Of a stretch of DNA of 64,000 bases, positions 11,200 through 23,010 are shown piece after piece. The position numbers and the translations under genes were made by a program. The notes under the pieces were generated by a model. That model had not been told where the DNA came from, made no database searches, and worked only from the letters and a program-made list of their open reading frames with translations. The DNA lies in assembly GCA_963710605.1 (NCBI GenBank), contig CAVQBA010000004.1, positions 160,001 to 224,000 on the forward strand. The letters are read 5' to 3'. The number at the start of each line of letters is the position of its first letter. The stretch's first letter is position 1. Source of the stretch: an uncultured cyanobacterium. Lineage in GTDB: Bacteria; Cyanobacteriota; Cyanobacteriia; Cyanobacteriales; Cyanobacteriaceae.

Positions 11200-12849
11200 T
11201 TAAAACTTAATTGCGACATCAGACAACACAGGTGTAGTAGTAGTTTGAGCTACCTCAACATAAGATTGTCTCATTTCGTTATTAATCGCTACCGTTTTTA
11301 CATCATAAAGATTAGTCGCTAATTTAGGATAAAAACCAATCCCGACGATTAAGAAGAGAAAACACAAAGCAATAAAAACTTCTCTTGGTTTAGCATCATT
11401 ATAAACAGCCTCAGTTGGTAAAATACAATTTGTACCAAAACAAACAGCCGCATCATTAGTTGTAATTGGATTATCTTCTTCAGAAGTACCGATAAGACAT
11501 AAATCAGCTTTATTATTACCATAAAATAGTTGTCTTAACATTGACAGTAAATAAATCGGAGTAATAATCAAACCGACAGCACTAAGTATCACCATAAAAG
11601 TACGGAAATTAGAATCATAAATGTCGCTATTACTAAAACCAACAAAAACACTTAATTCACTAATAAAACCACTCATCCCTGGTAAAGCTAACGAAGCCAT
11701 TGCCCCGGCAGTAAACAGTGCAAATACTTTCGGCATTGCTTTACCGACATTACCCATTTCATCCAAAAACATTGTATGCGATCGATCGTAGGTAACACCA
11801 GCTAAAAAGAATAATAAAGCCGCAATCAAACCATGAGACAACATTTGTAACATCGCCCCACTAACTCCTAAATCAGAAAAAGAAGCAATACCTATTAGTA
11901 CAAATCCCATATGCGAGACTGAAGAATAAGCCAAACGCCTTTTCATATTAGTTTGAGCAAAAGAAGCAAAACCACCATAAACGATATTGACAACTCCAAG
12001 AATAACTAATACAGGAGCAAAATAAACATGAGCATCAGCGAGTAAACCCATATTTAGACGAATTAAACCATAACCACCCATTTTCAATAAAACGCCTGCC
12101 AAAATCATCGAGACAGGAGAAGATGCTTCACCATGGGCATCAGGCAACCATGTATGTAGAGGAAATATAGCTAACTTAACACCAAAAGCAATCAGCAATC
12201 CAGCGTAAAGAAACAATTCTAACCCAATCGGATATTCTCTTAAACCTAAAATGGCGATATCAAAAGTAACGCCTTCGTTACCATAAAGTGCCAAACCTAA
12301 ACCAGCAACTAAAATGAAGATAGAAGCCGCCGCTGTATATAACAAAAATTTAGTAGCGGCATAACGTCTTTTTTCGCCACCCCAAATCGAGACTAGTAAA
12401 TAAACGGGAACTAATTCTAATTCCCACATGATGAATAATAATAATAAATCTTGAGCGACAAATACACCTATTTGTGCTGAATATAATAATAATAATAAAC
12501 AATAAAATAAACGGGGTTTTCGATCGACTTGCCATGCAGAGAAAATAGACAAAGTCGTCACAAAACCAGCCAGTAAAACCAAAGGCATTGAGATACCATC
12601 AACAGATACAGCCCAACTTAACCCTAAAGGTTCAATCCAAGTATATTTTTCAACTAACTGAAAATTAGTATTACTAACATCAAAATTCTGGGAGAAAACG
12701 TAGCACATCAAGAAAAAATCAATCAAACCTACTGATAAAGCATACCATCTCAATGTTTTGCCTTCTTTATCCGGTATTATAGGAATCATTAGTGCCGCCA
12801 CTAGTGGGAAGACAATTATTGCGGTAAGCCAAGGAAATTGTTCCGCCAT
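11200..12849 (-). CDS. ndhD2: NAD(P)H-quinone oxidoreductase subunit 4 (NdhD2 type)
   Basis: [13 protein letters not shown] and [10 protein letters not shown] motifs. The C-terminal CFGTNC insertion fits the D2 paralogue; paralogue assignment is less certain than family. Confidence 0.85.
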   Translation of the reverse strand: MAEQFPWLTAIIVFPLVAALMIPIIPDKEGKTLRWYALSVGLIDFFLMCYVFSQNFDVSNTNFQLVEKYTWIEPLGLSWAVSVDGISMPLVLLAGFVTTLSIFSAWQVDRKPRLFYCLLLLLYSAQIGVFVAQDLLLLFIMWELELVPVYLLVSIWGGEKRRYAATKFLLYTAAASIFILVAGLGLALYGNEGVTFDIAILGLREYPIGLELFLYAGLLIAFGVKLAIFPLHTWLPDAHGEASSPVSMILAGVLLKMGGYGLIRLNMGLLADAHVYFAPVLVILGVVNIVYGGFASFAQTNMKRRLAYSSVSHMGFVLIGIASFSDLGVSGAMLQMLSHGLIAALLFFLAGVTYDRSHTMFLDEMGNVGKAMPKVFALFTAGAMASLALPGMSGFISELSVFVGFSNSDIYDSNFRTFMVILSAVGLIITPIYLLSMLRQLFYGNNKADLCLIGTSEEDNPITTNDAAVCFGTNCILPTEAVYNDAKPREVFIALCFLFLIVGIGFYPKLATNLYDVKTVAINNEMRQSYVEVAQTTTTPVLSDVAIKF

Positions 12850-13151
12850 AACTTTTAATTATTTTAATATTTGTTCTTATGATTAATTATCATACTATGT
12901 TTTGTTAACTTTTATTAACGTTTTGGTCATTTTCTACTGTTTAAAGATACTTATATTAGCTATAGCGATCGATCAAATTTAAAACCGCAAAAAATAGAGT
13001 AATAATTGTTAACCAAACCTTGAAACTGCTCCCTCAGAATATTTACTAACCTTTAGTGGAGCTTGAAAGTACCTTTTTTTTGATCAGATTAATTAGGATT
13101 GATTTTTTTAACTATTAACTATAGATAAAAGTAAATTTCAACTGAAATTAG

Positions 13152-14225
13152 TTAATCATCCATTTGCCAAGGCTCAGTTAGATTCCCCTCATCCAAGATT
13201 TTTTTCGGACGTAAAATTAATAATAATTGTCCGACAATTTTTTGTTCAGGCTCATTAGCAAACCAATCAAATTTGAGTTGGTTATCTTGCTCAACTAAAA
13301 AATAATGATTATTATCCCATTGTGTCGCTGTTAAATCAACAACAACCAACAACTCCTCTGACTTATTATTAGTTTCTTTAGGTAAATCTGTACTTTCACA
13401 GATAATAACTACTGGTTTTTCAGCTTGCAAAACAACTTGCCAAGTAGGAATACTAACTACTGAATGATTATCAGGAATAGTCGTTATGCCAAAAGGCTCA
13501 ACGGTAGATAAAACAGGTATATTTTGTAAACTTTCTGTACTAAGAGGAAAACTCCCTACTACAGGTAAAATACAAGGCAACTGCTCATCACTTTCAAAAC
13601 GATAAATTGGTAATAAAGGAGCATATTGAATTGGTGTTGCACTCATTTGAGTTAACAATTGTTCAATTTTTTGTCTGGCGGTAGCAGAATAAACATATTT
13701 TAAACCTTGAGCAATTAAACGTGCTTTATCAGCTAAATCTTTTTTTGGTTTCGCCAATTTCCAATATTGATATGCCACCGCATCACCAGGATGAATAGTA
13801 AAACCCGTTGGTGGTTGAGACATACGAGAAAAAACTTTAATCGCTTTAGCTACTTCTTTTGCACCATCCACATCTAATTGTTTTTCTTTAGCTAAAACAG
13901 CTCCAGAAAGTCTTTCTTCGTGATTTAATACTCTTAATTCATATAATACATCAGTACGAGGACCTTGATAATAAGTAAGTGTATTCTCATCGGCTTTTTG
14001 TTGCACCAAACTTTCATAGACTTGACTGGCGACTATGACTAAATTTTGTTGACTACGTTGTAATCCTGTGGTTTCAAAAATTTCGTCAGGATGTACTCCT
14101 GCTTGTTGCAATTTATAGCAAGCTTTACCCCAATCAACCCAACATCCTTGTTTTTTTAATAATGACTCGGTTAATTCTTCTTTTTCTACGGCACTTAGGG
14201 CATAATTATCGGTATTTTCTGTCAT
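13152..14225 (-). CDS. raf1: RuBisCO accumulation factor 1
   Basis: KQGCWVDWG, QQNLVIVASQVY, HPGDAVAY and the LRPKKILDE…PWQMDD terminus. Confidence 0.92.
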   Translation of the reverse strand: MTENTDNYALSAVEKEELTESLLKKQGCWVDWGKACYKLQQAGVHPDEIFETTGLQRSQQNLVIVASQVYESLVQQKADENTLTYYQGPRTDVLYELRVLNHEERLSGAVLAKEKQLDVDGAKEVAKAIKVFSRMSQPPTGFTIHPGDAVAYQYWKLAKPKKDLADKARLIAQGLKYVYSATARQKIEQLLTQMSATPIQYAPLLPIYRFESDEQLPCILPVVGSFPLSTESLQNIPVLSTVEPFGITTIPDNHSVVSIPTWQVVLQAEKPVVIICESTDLPKETNNKSEELLVVVDLTATQWDNNHYFLVEQDNQLKFDWFANEPEQKIVGQLLLILRPKKILDEGNLTEPWQMDD

Positions 14226-14282
14226 CTTTTCTTGTTAATTGCTTTTAATGATGATTAATCAACCAAAGATATTATACCGAAT

Positions 14283-14489
14283 TTACAAATCATCTTCGGA
14301 TAATTGAGCTATTTTCATAATTGATTTGAGAGTACCTATTTTTAAATCTTGATTGCGATGTACGGGAATAGAAATAATTTTATCTCGATCGTCTTTTTGA
14401 TAAATATAATGACTTCCTGTAATTTTTTTGAGTATCCAACCTTTTGTCTCTACTATTTTACAAAGTTTTTTGCCTGAAACCGACTTCAT
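14283..14489 (-). CDS. hicA: HicA-family toxin
   Basis: GW…ITGSH…IPVHRNQDLKIGTLKSI; overlaps the hicB stop. Confidence 0.88.
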   Translation of the reverse strand: MKSVSGKKLCKIVETKGWILKKITGSHYIYQKDDRDKIISIPVHRNQDLKIGTLKSIMKIAQLSEDDL

Positions 14490-14689
14490 ACTGCTATCTC
14501 TACTACTTTAGAATTAGCTTCAATTTTGGTTGATTCATTCGCTACTTCTAACCATCCTTGAATTGCATCCTGAAGATTTTTGACAACCTCTTCCATCGTA
14601 TCTCCTTCGGTGATACAACCTTCCAATGCTGGTACTTCAGCCCAATAACCACCTTCCTCTGCTGGATGAATAATTGCTTTTATTTTCAT
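14486..14689 (-). CDS. hicB: HicB-family antitoxin
   Basis: AEEGGYWAEVPALEGCITEGDT…AIQGWL. Confidence 0.9.
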   Translation of the reverse strand: MKIKAIIHPAEEGGYWAEVPALEGCITEGDTMEEVVKNLQDAIQGWLEVANESTKIEANSKVVEIAV

Positions 14690-14900
14690 GAATTTAAAAT
14701 TAGATGATTAATAATTGAAGACAATAAAGTATATGTTTATTATTTTACTTTAAATCAAATTAGGAATTTAATACTAACATTTATGATTTTTGACGTTGAA
14801 TACGATCGTATTGTTGTAGTTGGTATAAATAAGTAACGTTTATTGACTATGATTTTAGTAAGATTATATTTATATTTTGAGTTCAATTGTCAAATTAAAA

Positions 14901-15383
14901 ATGAAAAATAAAAATTTCAACATACAAATCAAATTAATTTTACTACTACTTTTTTTACTTTTAACAAAAAAAAGTATTGCTCAAAATACAATCACTAACA
15001 GTACGACAAGTCATAATTGTAATGTATCCAATGGTGTTGTTTCTGGATCTTGTAAACTCAAAACTGAAGATTTAATTGTTTCTGGATACGTGGAAGAAAA
15101 TAATGTTATTCCAAATATAACTGTGATGAATAATGGAATTCTTGTTTTCCAAGGAGTTTGTTTAGGTAATATAAATGTTCATAAAGGTGGACATTTGATC
15201 TTAAAAGGAAGCGTAGGAGGAGTAGTCACGAATGAAGGAGGTTTAGTTGAAATAAGAGGTATAGCACCTAATGTTTATGCAAAACAAGGAGAAACGATTA
15301 TTTATGGAATTGTTGATAATTTATTAGGTGATGGAAAAGTGATTAGAAAAAAAGGTGCAACGATATCAGGAATAGGATATTAA
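14901..15383 (+). CDS. Secreted hypothetical protein with Gly/Val-rich beta-repeat (beta-helix-like) region
   Basis: Signal-peptide-like N-terminus from ATG 14901; repeated xGxV/xGxI motifs. Confidence 0.55.
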   Translation: MKNKNFNIQIKLILLLLFLLLTKKSIAQNTITNSTTSHNCNVSNGVVSGSCKLKTEDLIVSGYVEENNVIPNITVMNNGILVFQGVCLGNINVHKGGHLILKGSVGGVVTNEGGLVEIRGIAPNVYAKQGETIIYGIVDNLLGDGKVIRKKGATISGIGY

Positions 15384-15398
15384 AAATTCGATCGTCTT

Positions 15399-15500
15399 TT
15401 AATATACTCGATCGTGAGAACCAATTACTGATAACAGAATCTCTTTTTCTTCTGATTCCAAAATTTCTAAAATTTTATCCTCAAAACTAACTTTTAGTTG
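15399..15500 (-). pseudogene. Remnant of a YafQ/RelE-type toxin (C-terminus)
   Basis: Manual translation FEDKILEILESEEKEILLSVIGSHDRVY*, resembling the …ILLxxIGxHDEVY end of cyanobacterial YafQ-type toxins. No start codon. Confidence 0.55.
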
Positions 15501-15618
15501 ACATTAACGATCGATTTTATATTGTTGCTATAACTTATGATAGGTTAATTAAGCCAAAAAGCAGTAGTTATTAACTATAACCTAAAAGCGAAACCCAGTA
15601 AATTTTAGCTCAATTAAT

Positions 15619-15690
15619 GATGGGTTACGGCACTCGTTATTAACGAAGAGTGCTTGAGTTATTTATGAATAAATGCCTAACCCATCCTAC
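15619..15690. repeat. REP-like long hairpin
   Basis: GATGGGTTACGGCA … TGCCTAACCCATCCTAC. Confidence 0.7.
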
Positions 15691-15761
15691 GACTAATAAC
15701 GATCGATAATTCTCAATTAATATTCGTTTACAATAGTTAATGGGAAATTGGGTTAAGTAAT

Positions 15762-17294
15762 ATGACAACGAAAACAGAAATAGTAATTATCGGTAGTGGT
15801 TTAGGTGGTTTATGTTGTGGAGCAATCCTCGCACGTTACGGGTATGACGTAATTATTTGCGAGAGTCATAATATTGCAGGTGGTGCAGCTCATGGTTTCG
15901 CTTATCAAGGTTTTAAATTTGATTCTGGACCATCTTTGTATTCTGGGTTATCCTATTCTCCTTCTAGTAATCCGTTACGTCAAGTACTAGATATTATAGA
16001 AGAAGATATTGAATGGAAAAATTATAATAGTTGGGGTTGTTGGTTGCCTGAAGGTTATTTTGATGTGGCTGTGGGTGCAGATAAATTTTATGAGTTGTTA
16101 GTTAATTTGAGAGGAAAAGAAGCCGGTAATCAATGGCGTAAGTTACAACAAGTGATGTTACCTTTAGGAAAAGCATCAATGGCGATACCTGTTAAGGCGG
16201 TTAGATATGATTGGGCGGCACTACTAACATTACCTCCTTTTGCTTTATCGATGCTTCCTTACGCTTTTAGTGCTAGTCAGTTAACTGGTAGTTTCGGTGA
16301 AATTATGGATGAGGTTGTTACTGATAAATTTGTTCGTAATTGGCTTGATTTATTATGTTTTATGTTATCTGGTTTACCTGCCCACGGCACTTCGGCGGCG
16401 GAAATGGCTTTTATGTTTGCTGAATGGTATCGCCCTGATGTAGTTTTAGATTATCCTGTAGGTACGACTGAATCGATCGTCAATGCTTTAGTCAAAGGTT
16501 TAACTAAATATGGTGGTGAGTTGCGTTTATCTACTCATGTGGAAGAAATTATCACTAAAAATAATGAGGCGGTAGGTGTAAGACTACGCAACGGCGAAGA
16601 AATTAGAGCTTCAAAAGCAGTAGTTTCTAATGCTTCTATTTGGGATACAGTTAAAATTATTCCCGATGGCGTTTTACCTAGTAAATATAGCACCGAAGTA
16701 GAGAATACACCGATGAATGATAGTTTTATGCACCTTCATTTAGGTATTGATGGTAAGGATATTCCTGCTGATTTACCTTGTCATCATATGATTGTTAATG
16801 ATTGGGATGCCGGAGTTACTGCCGAGCAAAATGTGGTGGCGGTATCAATTCCTTCTTTACTTGATGGTACTGTTGCACCTGAAGGAAAACACGGCATTCA
16901 TGTTTATACACCTGCAACTGAGCCTTATTCTTTATGGGCAAATCTTAAACGTAATACTCCTGAATATGAGGCTATGAAGGAAAAACGCTCACAGGTAATG
17001 TGGGAAGCATTAGAGAGATTTATTCCTGATATTAAGAGTCGTTGTGAAGTAACTTTAGTGGGTACACCTTTAACTCATGAGCGGTATTTAAGAAGATATA
17101 AAGGTACTTATGGGGCGGCGTGGAAAGCAGGTGAAGCGTTGTTTCCGACTTCTAATACTCCGATCGATAATTTATATTGTTGCGGTGATTCTACTTTTCC
17201 CGGTATTGGTGTACCAGCAGTGGCGGCTAGTGGTTTTATTACAGCGAATACGGTGGCAAGTGTAGATAAGCAACTGAAGTTATTATGGTCGTAG
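15762..17294 (+). CDS. FAD-dependent oxidoreductase, phytoene desaturase/carotenoid isomerase family
   Basis: GSGLGG Rossmann motif, FDSGPSL, GTPLTHERY, GDSTFPGIGVPAV. Confidence 0.8.
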   Translation: MTTKTEIVIIGSGLGGLCCGAILARYGYDVIICESHNIAGGAAHGFAYQGFKFDSGPSLYSGLSYSPSSNPLRQVLDIIEEDIEWKNYNSWGCWLPEGYFDVAVGADKFYELLVNLRGKEAGNQWRKLQQVMLPLGKASMAIPVKAVRYDWAALLTLPPFALSMLPYAFSASQLTGSFGEIMDEVVTDKFVRNWLDLLCFMLSGLPAHGTSAAEMAFMFAEWYRPDVVLDYPVGTTESIVNALVKGLTKYGGELRLSTHVEEIITKNNEAVGVRLRNGEEIRASKAVVSNASIWDTVKIIPDGVLPSKYSTEVENTPMNDSFMHLHLGIDGKDIPADLPCHHMIVNDWDAGVTAEQNVVAVSIPSLLDGTVAPEGKHGIHVYTPATEPYSLWANLKRNTPEYEAMKEKRSQVMWEALERFIPDIKSRCEVTLVGTPLTHERYLRRYKGTYGAAWKAGEALFPTSNTPIDNLYCCGDSTFPGIGVPAVAASGFITANTVASVDKQLKLLWS

Positions 17295-17465
17295 TCTTTG
17301 AAATTTAGAGGTGTTTGAGCAGTAACCTTTGTTCCCTTCTTTATTTCAAAAAGGAGGGGTTTGAATCTTGTAATTTACCTGAGAGGTTACGTTATCACTG
17401 TTTAGTTATGCCAAATTAGTTGTTTATTAGTTTAAAACGTTTAGATAATGTAGGTGAATCAGCTA

Positions 17466-17855
17466 TTATTTAACCGCTATACATTCAATTTCTACTAATA
17501 CATCTTTTGGTAATCTTGATACTTCCACACAAGCACGAGCGGGAGGTTGCTCAGCAAAATATTGAGCATAGATTTCATTCATAGCTGTAAAATCAGTCAA
17601 ATCTTTGAGAAAAACACTTGTTTTGACAATATTAGACCAATCTAAACCAGCTTCAGTTAAAACAGCTTCTATATTACTCATAACTTGCTTAGTTTGAGCT
17701 ACAACATCATTTTCGCCTTCGATTTTACCTGTACTAGGATTTAAGGCTATTTGTCCTGCTAAAAAGACCAATTCACCTTGAGATGCGATCGCTTGACTAT
17801 ATGGACCAACAGGTGCAGGTGCTCGATCGGTATAAATTACTCTTTTACTTACCAT
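17466..17855 (-). CDS. ridA: RidA/YjgF family enamine deaminase
   Basis: APAPVGPYSQA … PPARACVEVSRLPKDVLVEIE. Confidence 0.9.
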   Translation of the reverse strand: MVSKRVIYTDRAPAPVGPYSQAIASQGELVFLAGQIALNPSTGKIEGENDVVAQTKQVMSNIEAVLTEAGLDWSNIVKTSVFLKDLTDFTAMNEIYAQYFAEQPPARACVEVSRLPKDVLVEIECIAVK

Positions 17856-17949
17856 TCCAAAAACTTTTTAGTTCACTAATAAAAATAAACAACAAAAACC
17901 AACTGTCATCAAGAGTGACAACAGTTGTCAAAATATCATAAAAATATGA

Positions 17950-18249
<300 letters not shown>

Positions 18250-18750
18250 TTAACCGCAGTATATAATCTCAACAGCACTTTACGATATATAACTTTAAAC
18301 TCTGTAACAATTGACGATCGTCCATTGAGAGTTAACAATGTGATGACTATTTAAAAAACATAGTAATTAATTAAGAATTGAGAATTAAAAACCGAAGTCT
18401 ATCTTCTAATTTTTTCGGTGTCCAGTCAAAAATTTTTTTAATGAAGCGGCTTGTACTGTGATAGTTATAGTTAATCTAGTTACTAACGTTGTTGAAACTA
18501 CGATTTCTATTGTGCTGAGTTTAACTGAGCATTATTATTAGAACAACTTGAGTTTTGAAAAATCGGTTTGAACAACAACTTACGTAAACCGTTAATCTGC
18601 TTTATCCTGTCTAATAACAGATTCAAGTTACTCTATTTCAAATATGTGTTAATTATAGATATTTTTCAGTTAAAATCCCATTCTGATTTCCCAAGCTTAA
18701 TTAAAAATGAGATCGCTAACAAGTGATGATTAGTTAAACTGAGCCACAAA

Positions 18751-18779
18751 TTGTTTAGAAGTGCTTTTTTTGGTATAAT
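18751..18779 (+). promoter_or_regulatory. Candidate sigma70 promoter for rne-rnhB
   Basis: TTGTTT-N17-TATAAT with extended -10 (TGgTATAAT). Confidence 0.45.
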
Positions 18780-19579
18780 CTTGTTCATAACTAATACTAA
18801 GCGAGTATAGTTAAGAGAATAAAAGTATTGCTAATCGATTTTGATAAAACCGTGGTGAGATCGTATAGATAGATTGCCCGTAATTGTCCATCAAGATACA
18901 AAGAAAATTGTATTGGAGAAAAGTAAAAAGAGTGTAATTTAGTTATAGTTCGTTAAGAGCAAGACTAGTTTTTAAGTGTCAAAAGGCGATCGATCATTAA
19001 CAGATTAATATAGTTCAGTGAGAAAATAACACTGTTATTAAAATGTAACGATCCACAAGTAAGATTTATCAAAATACAGATTAATTAGAGATTAATAATT
19101 ATTTATTATCACAGGAAACGATCGATCATTATAAATGTTATCAAGTTTAAACCTAAAAATACATGAAAAAAAACTTCAGGAAAAACAGACAAAAGGTAAT
19201 TAGAATTGCTTCTATCCTGAATCCCATAAGTTGGGGAAAAGAATAAATATTAAGACTAAATTAGTAGATAAAAATTAGCAAAAAAAGAATTAAGATCGAG
19301 AAAATACAGACTAAAAAAATTAATATAAGACTGCTTTTAAAAATAATCTTTTCAAATACTTAATTTAAATAAACATCCGTAAATTAAGTAATAATATCGT
19401 GATAATCTTCTTTTATATAAAAATTATTTTAGGTTATTTGCAGTTAATATGTGCCTGAATTTAGCGTGTAATTTCTCCATCTAAATTAAATTTTTGGCTA
19501 CAAAAAAATGAATCTTATCTTTAAATATACAAACATTAAAGATTAACAACATCGTTAGACAATTTTTTGAGGTAAATGA

Positions 19580-21706
19580 ATGCCAAAACAAATAATAATC
19601 GCAGAAAAAAATCATATCGCCGCCGTATTTGAGCAAAATCAAATACAAGAATTAGTCGTTGCTACGGGAAATCAACAAGTAGGAGACATTTACTTAGGCA
19701 CAGTCGAAAATGTCATTTCAGGTATAGATGCCGCCTTTGTAAATATTGGTGATGCTGAGAAAAATGGCTTTATCCATATCACTGATTTAGGTCCGTTAAG
19801 ACGCAGAAGGAGTGCTGGTGCAATTACCGAATTGTTATCACCACAACAGCCTGTATTAGTTCAAGTGATGAAAGAACCAACAGGTTCAAAAGGTCCTCGC
19901 CTAACAGGTAATATCAGTCTTCCTGGACGTTATTTAGTTCTGATGCCTTATGGTAAAGGAGTTAGTTTATCTCGCCGAATAAAAAATGACAATGAGCGTA
20001 ACCGTTTACGAGCATTAGCTATTTTACTCAAACCCTCAGGAATGGGTTTATTAGTACGTACCGAAGCTGATGGTAAAGCAGAAGAAGCAATTATTGAAGA
20101 TTTAGAATTTTTACACAAACAATGGGAAAAGATTCAACAAGAAGCTAATTCTTTACGTCCACCTTCATTATTAAATCGTGATGATGATTTTATTCAAAGA
20201 GTCTTACGAGATATGTTCACCGACGAAGTGAATCGAATCGTGGTTGATTCAACTGAAGGGGTCAAAAATATTAAGAAACATTTAAGTAATTGGGGAGGAG
20301 GGCGACAACCTAATGGTGTTCAAATAGACAAACATCAAGAACCAACCCCGATTTTAGATACGTTTCGGATTAATATTGCTATTAAAGAAGCACTAAAACC
20401 GAGAGTAGAACTACCTTCAGGTGGTTATATCATCATTGAACCAACAGAAGCATTAACGGTGATAGATGTCAACTCAGGCTCTTTCACTCACTCAGCAACA
20501 TCAAGAGAAACAGTTTTATGGACAAATTACGAAGCGGCGATCGAAATTGCTCGTCAATTAAAGTTACGTAATATTGGTGGCGTGATTGTGGTTGATTTTA
20601 TTGATATGGACACTCGTGCAGATAAAATCAAATTATTAGAGCAGTTTAATCGTGTTTTACAAAGTGATAAAGCCCGTCCTCAAGTTGCTCAGTTATCTGA
20701 GTTAGGTTTAGTTGAGCTAACTCGTAAACGTCAAGGTAAAAACATTTATGAGTTGTTTGCTCAAATTTGTCCTCATTGCTTAGGTTTAGGTTTAGTAACT
20801 CAAATTACAGGTCATAATAATGAAGCAGAAAACATAGTCGTTAGTGCTTCTACCGCTCCGACTTTAGTGTCTAAAGCACCCGAAAAAATTAATCTAGACG
20901 AAAAATTTGCCAATATTAATAACGAGTATAATGTTGAAGATTTAACCCAAGACGATGAAGATAACATAGATCAAATAGATCAGAAAAAAAATAATAACCG
21001 CCGTCGTCGTCAAAATGGTTTGAAAGAAGAACCAATCTTAGTTAATAACAACGGTAATGGAAATAATGTAAATATCAATAATAATAATAATGAGATTGAA
21101 GTAAAACAAGAACGCAAAGAGCGTACTTTATTATCTCGTTCTTTACGAAGAGATGATAGTCAATGGGAAAAAGTCGTTGTGGAAATGACCGAGACAGAAC
21201 AAGATGTTTATGCTTTTATGGGTATTTCTCCATTGCTTCATTTGGAAACAGAAGTCAAAGATCCAAAATCTGTGTTAATTTATGTTCAATTACCAGAAGA
21301 AGGTAAAGCTAATCTTGAAGATGAGGAAGAGACAGATGCAATTTTGTCGGTAAATCCTGACTCTTCTAATATTGATGAAGAACAGACTGTTGAGCCTGAT
21401 ATTGAGTCTGATATTGAGTCTGATATTGAGCCTGGTATTGAGGTTGAGCTATCATCAAGTTTTGAAGAAGAAGACAAAGTTGAAGAGGAGGCTAAGCTGA
21501 CTATAGTAGAAGAAGATCAGCTAGAATTTGTTTCTGAGCAAGATACGATTGATGAGAATAAAGAAGTAACTGAAGAAACTCCAACCAAGACACAGATTCC
21601 TGATAAGTCTGAAACCATAGCTGAAGCGGCTATAAAAGAGGCTTTAGAGGGCGATCGACCTGTAGTACGGAGTCGTCGTCGTCGTCGTACTTCTGCTTCT
21701 TCTTAG
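19580..21706 (+). CDS. rne: Ribonuclease E
   Basis: S1 domain, ALTVIDVNSG, IVVDFIDM, CPHCLG zinc link, and the C-terminal RRRRRTSA motif typical of cyanobacterial RNase E. Confidence 0.96.
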   Translation: MPKQIIIAEKNHIAAVFEQNQIQELVVATGNQQVGDIYLGTVENVISGIDAAFVNIGDAEKNGFIHITDLGPLRRRRSAGAITELLSPQQPVLVQVMKEPTGSKGPRLTGNISLPGRYLVLMPYGKGVSLSRRIKNDNERNRLRALAILLKPSGMGLLVRTEADGKAEEAIIEDLEFLHKQWEKIQQEANSLRPPSLLNRDDDFIQRVLRDMFTDEVNRIVVDSTEGVKNIKKHLSNWGGGRQPNGVQIDKHQEPTPILDTFRINIAIKEALKPRVELPSGGYIIIEPTEALTVIDVNSGSFTHSATSRETVLWTNYEAAIEIARQLKLRNIGGVIVVDFIDMDTRADKIKLLEQFNRVLQSDKARPQVAQLSELGLVELTRKRQGKNIYELFAQICPHCLGLGLVTQITGHNNEAENIVVSASTAPTLVSKAPEKINLDEKFANINNEYNVEDLTQDDEDNIDQIDQKKNNNRRRRQNGLKEEPILVNNNGNGNNVNINNNNNEIEVKQERKERTLLSRSLRRDDSQWEKVVVEMTETEQDVYAFMGISPLLHLETEVKDPKSVLIYVQLPEEGKANLEDEEETDAILSVNPDSSNIDEEQTVEPDIESDIESDIEPGIEVELSSSFEEEDKVEEEAKLTIVEEDQLEFVSEQDTIDENKEVTEETPTKTQIPDKSETIAEAAIKEALEGDRPVVRSRRRRRTSASS

Positions 21707-21893
21707 ACTTATTTGAACCACTCTTAACCCCTTCCTAGTAAGAAGGGGTATTTGATAATCAATATCTATAAAATAATTTTTTGATTAGCTACTATATTTT
21801 AATCAGTTGGAAATAGCGATCGTAATATTACCTAAATAGATTTATTTTTTTGATAGTGTAAAAGAATTGTTAGATAATTAATTATTTATTGTT

Positions 21894-22559
21894 TTGTCTC
21901 AATCCTCTAGTTTACCGATTGATTTTATTCTTGAAGACTATCTTGATAATACTTCGGCTTTAATTGCAGGAGTAGATGAAGTAGGTAGAGGCTGTTTATT
22001 TGGTAGTGTAGTTGCTTGTGTTGTTGTTGTTAAATTATCACAAGTAAAAAGTTTGACTGAAATGGGTGTTGGTGATAGCAAAAAATTGAGTGCTAAAAAA
22101 AGAGCGAATTTAGTACCTCAAATAGAGAATTTTGTCGTCGATTGGCAAATAGCAGAAGTTGATAGCAAAACCATCGATCAAATTAATATTCTTCAAGCTT
22201 CTTTATTGGCGATGACAAAAGCGATTGATAGTCTATCTGTTTCTCCCAATTTATGTTTAATTGATGGCAATATGTTGTTGCCAAATATTTCTTACCGACA
22301 AATTGCCTTAGTAAAAGGAGATTTACGATCGCCAATTATTGGTGCGGCAAGTATTCTAGCTAAGGTGTGGCGTGATCAACAAATGAGCGATTATCATCAA
22401 CAATACCCGATGTATGATTTAGCTAAAAACAAAGGTTATGGTACTAAAAAACACACTGAAGCGATCGAGAAGTATGGGTTAACTCCTCAACACCGTCGAT
22501 CGTTTTCTCCGTGCAAAAATTATTTATCGAAGCAAACAGAATTATATTTTAATCGTTAA
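21894..22559 (+). CDS. rnhB: Ribonuclease HII
   Basis: AGVDEVGRG, DSKKL, AASILAKVWRD; follows rne as in other cyanobacteria. Confidence 0.95.
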   Translation: MSQSSSLPIDFILEDYLDNTSALIAGVDEVGRGCLFGSVVACVVVVKLSQVKSLTEMGVGDSKKLSAKKRANLVPQIENFVVDWQIAEVDSKTIDQINILQASLLAMTKAIDSLSVSPNLCLIDGNMLLPNISYRQIALVKGDLRSPIIGAASILAKVWRDQQMSDYHQQYPMYDLAKNKGYGTKKHTEAIEKYGLTPQHRRSFSPCKNYLSKQTELYFNR

Positions 22560-22847
22560 GAGAAATTAACAGATAAACATCGATCGATTTAAATTTTTTT
22601 GCGTATATTATTTTCAGTTGTCTTAGTTTAAATCGTTTTTACAGTTATTGCTGAATCTAATATTTAGTTTTTTAGATTATATTTTGCTTATTCTAAAGCT
22701 GATTATTTATTCCCCATAACCTTGTTTTGCTACTTGTTTAAAAATAAAATTTTTCGTAACGATATTTAATAACGCTTTTAAGCGTATCTTGAACCCAAAA
22801 AAGATAACAAACACAAACGAACTCATTAATATTTTAACTTTAGATTT

Positions 22848-23010
22848 TATAGTCATTTCAATTAAGATTAAGACAGTAAGAAGAATACTGAAACCAAAGT
22901 ATTAAACCCGCCTTGAACTGTCGTGCAAGGCTAATATTCTGTTCGTTTAATAAATTAAACTGAAATTTAGATTCATCACTAGTGTCTCATTTTTATTTGA
23001 AACAACTATA
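22848..23010. mobile_element. MITE family A, copy 1 (IS630/Tc1-mariner-type ends)
   Basis: Imperfect ~28-bp TIRs TATAGTCATTTCAATTAAGATTAAGACA / TGTCTCATTTTTATTTGAAACAACTATA with TA at both ends; homologous copies at 54724 and 57151. Confidence 0.85.

Noticed and set aside
12961-13123. TATAG…CTATA-bounded 163-bp segment resembling MITE family A in length
   Set aside because: Terminal symmetry is too weak and the conserved internal hairpin is absent. It could be a very old copy but I cannot support it.
18281-18310. HLR1/RpaB-like direct repeats upstream of psaC (and of ndhD2 at ~12900)
   Set aside because: Only one good half-site each, in very AT-rich DNA; not distinguishable from chance by eye.
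21393-21443. 12-bp tandem repeat in rne (EPDI/ESDI)
   Set aside because: Ordinary slippage in the disordered acidic C-terminal region.
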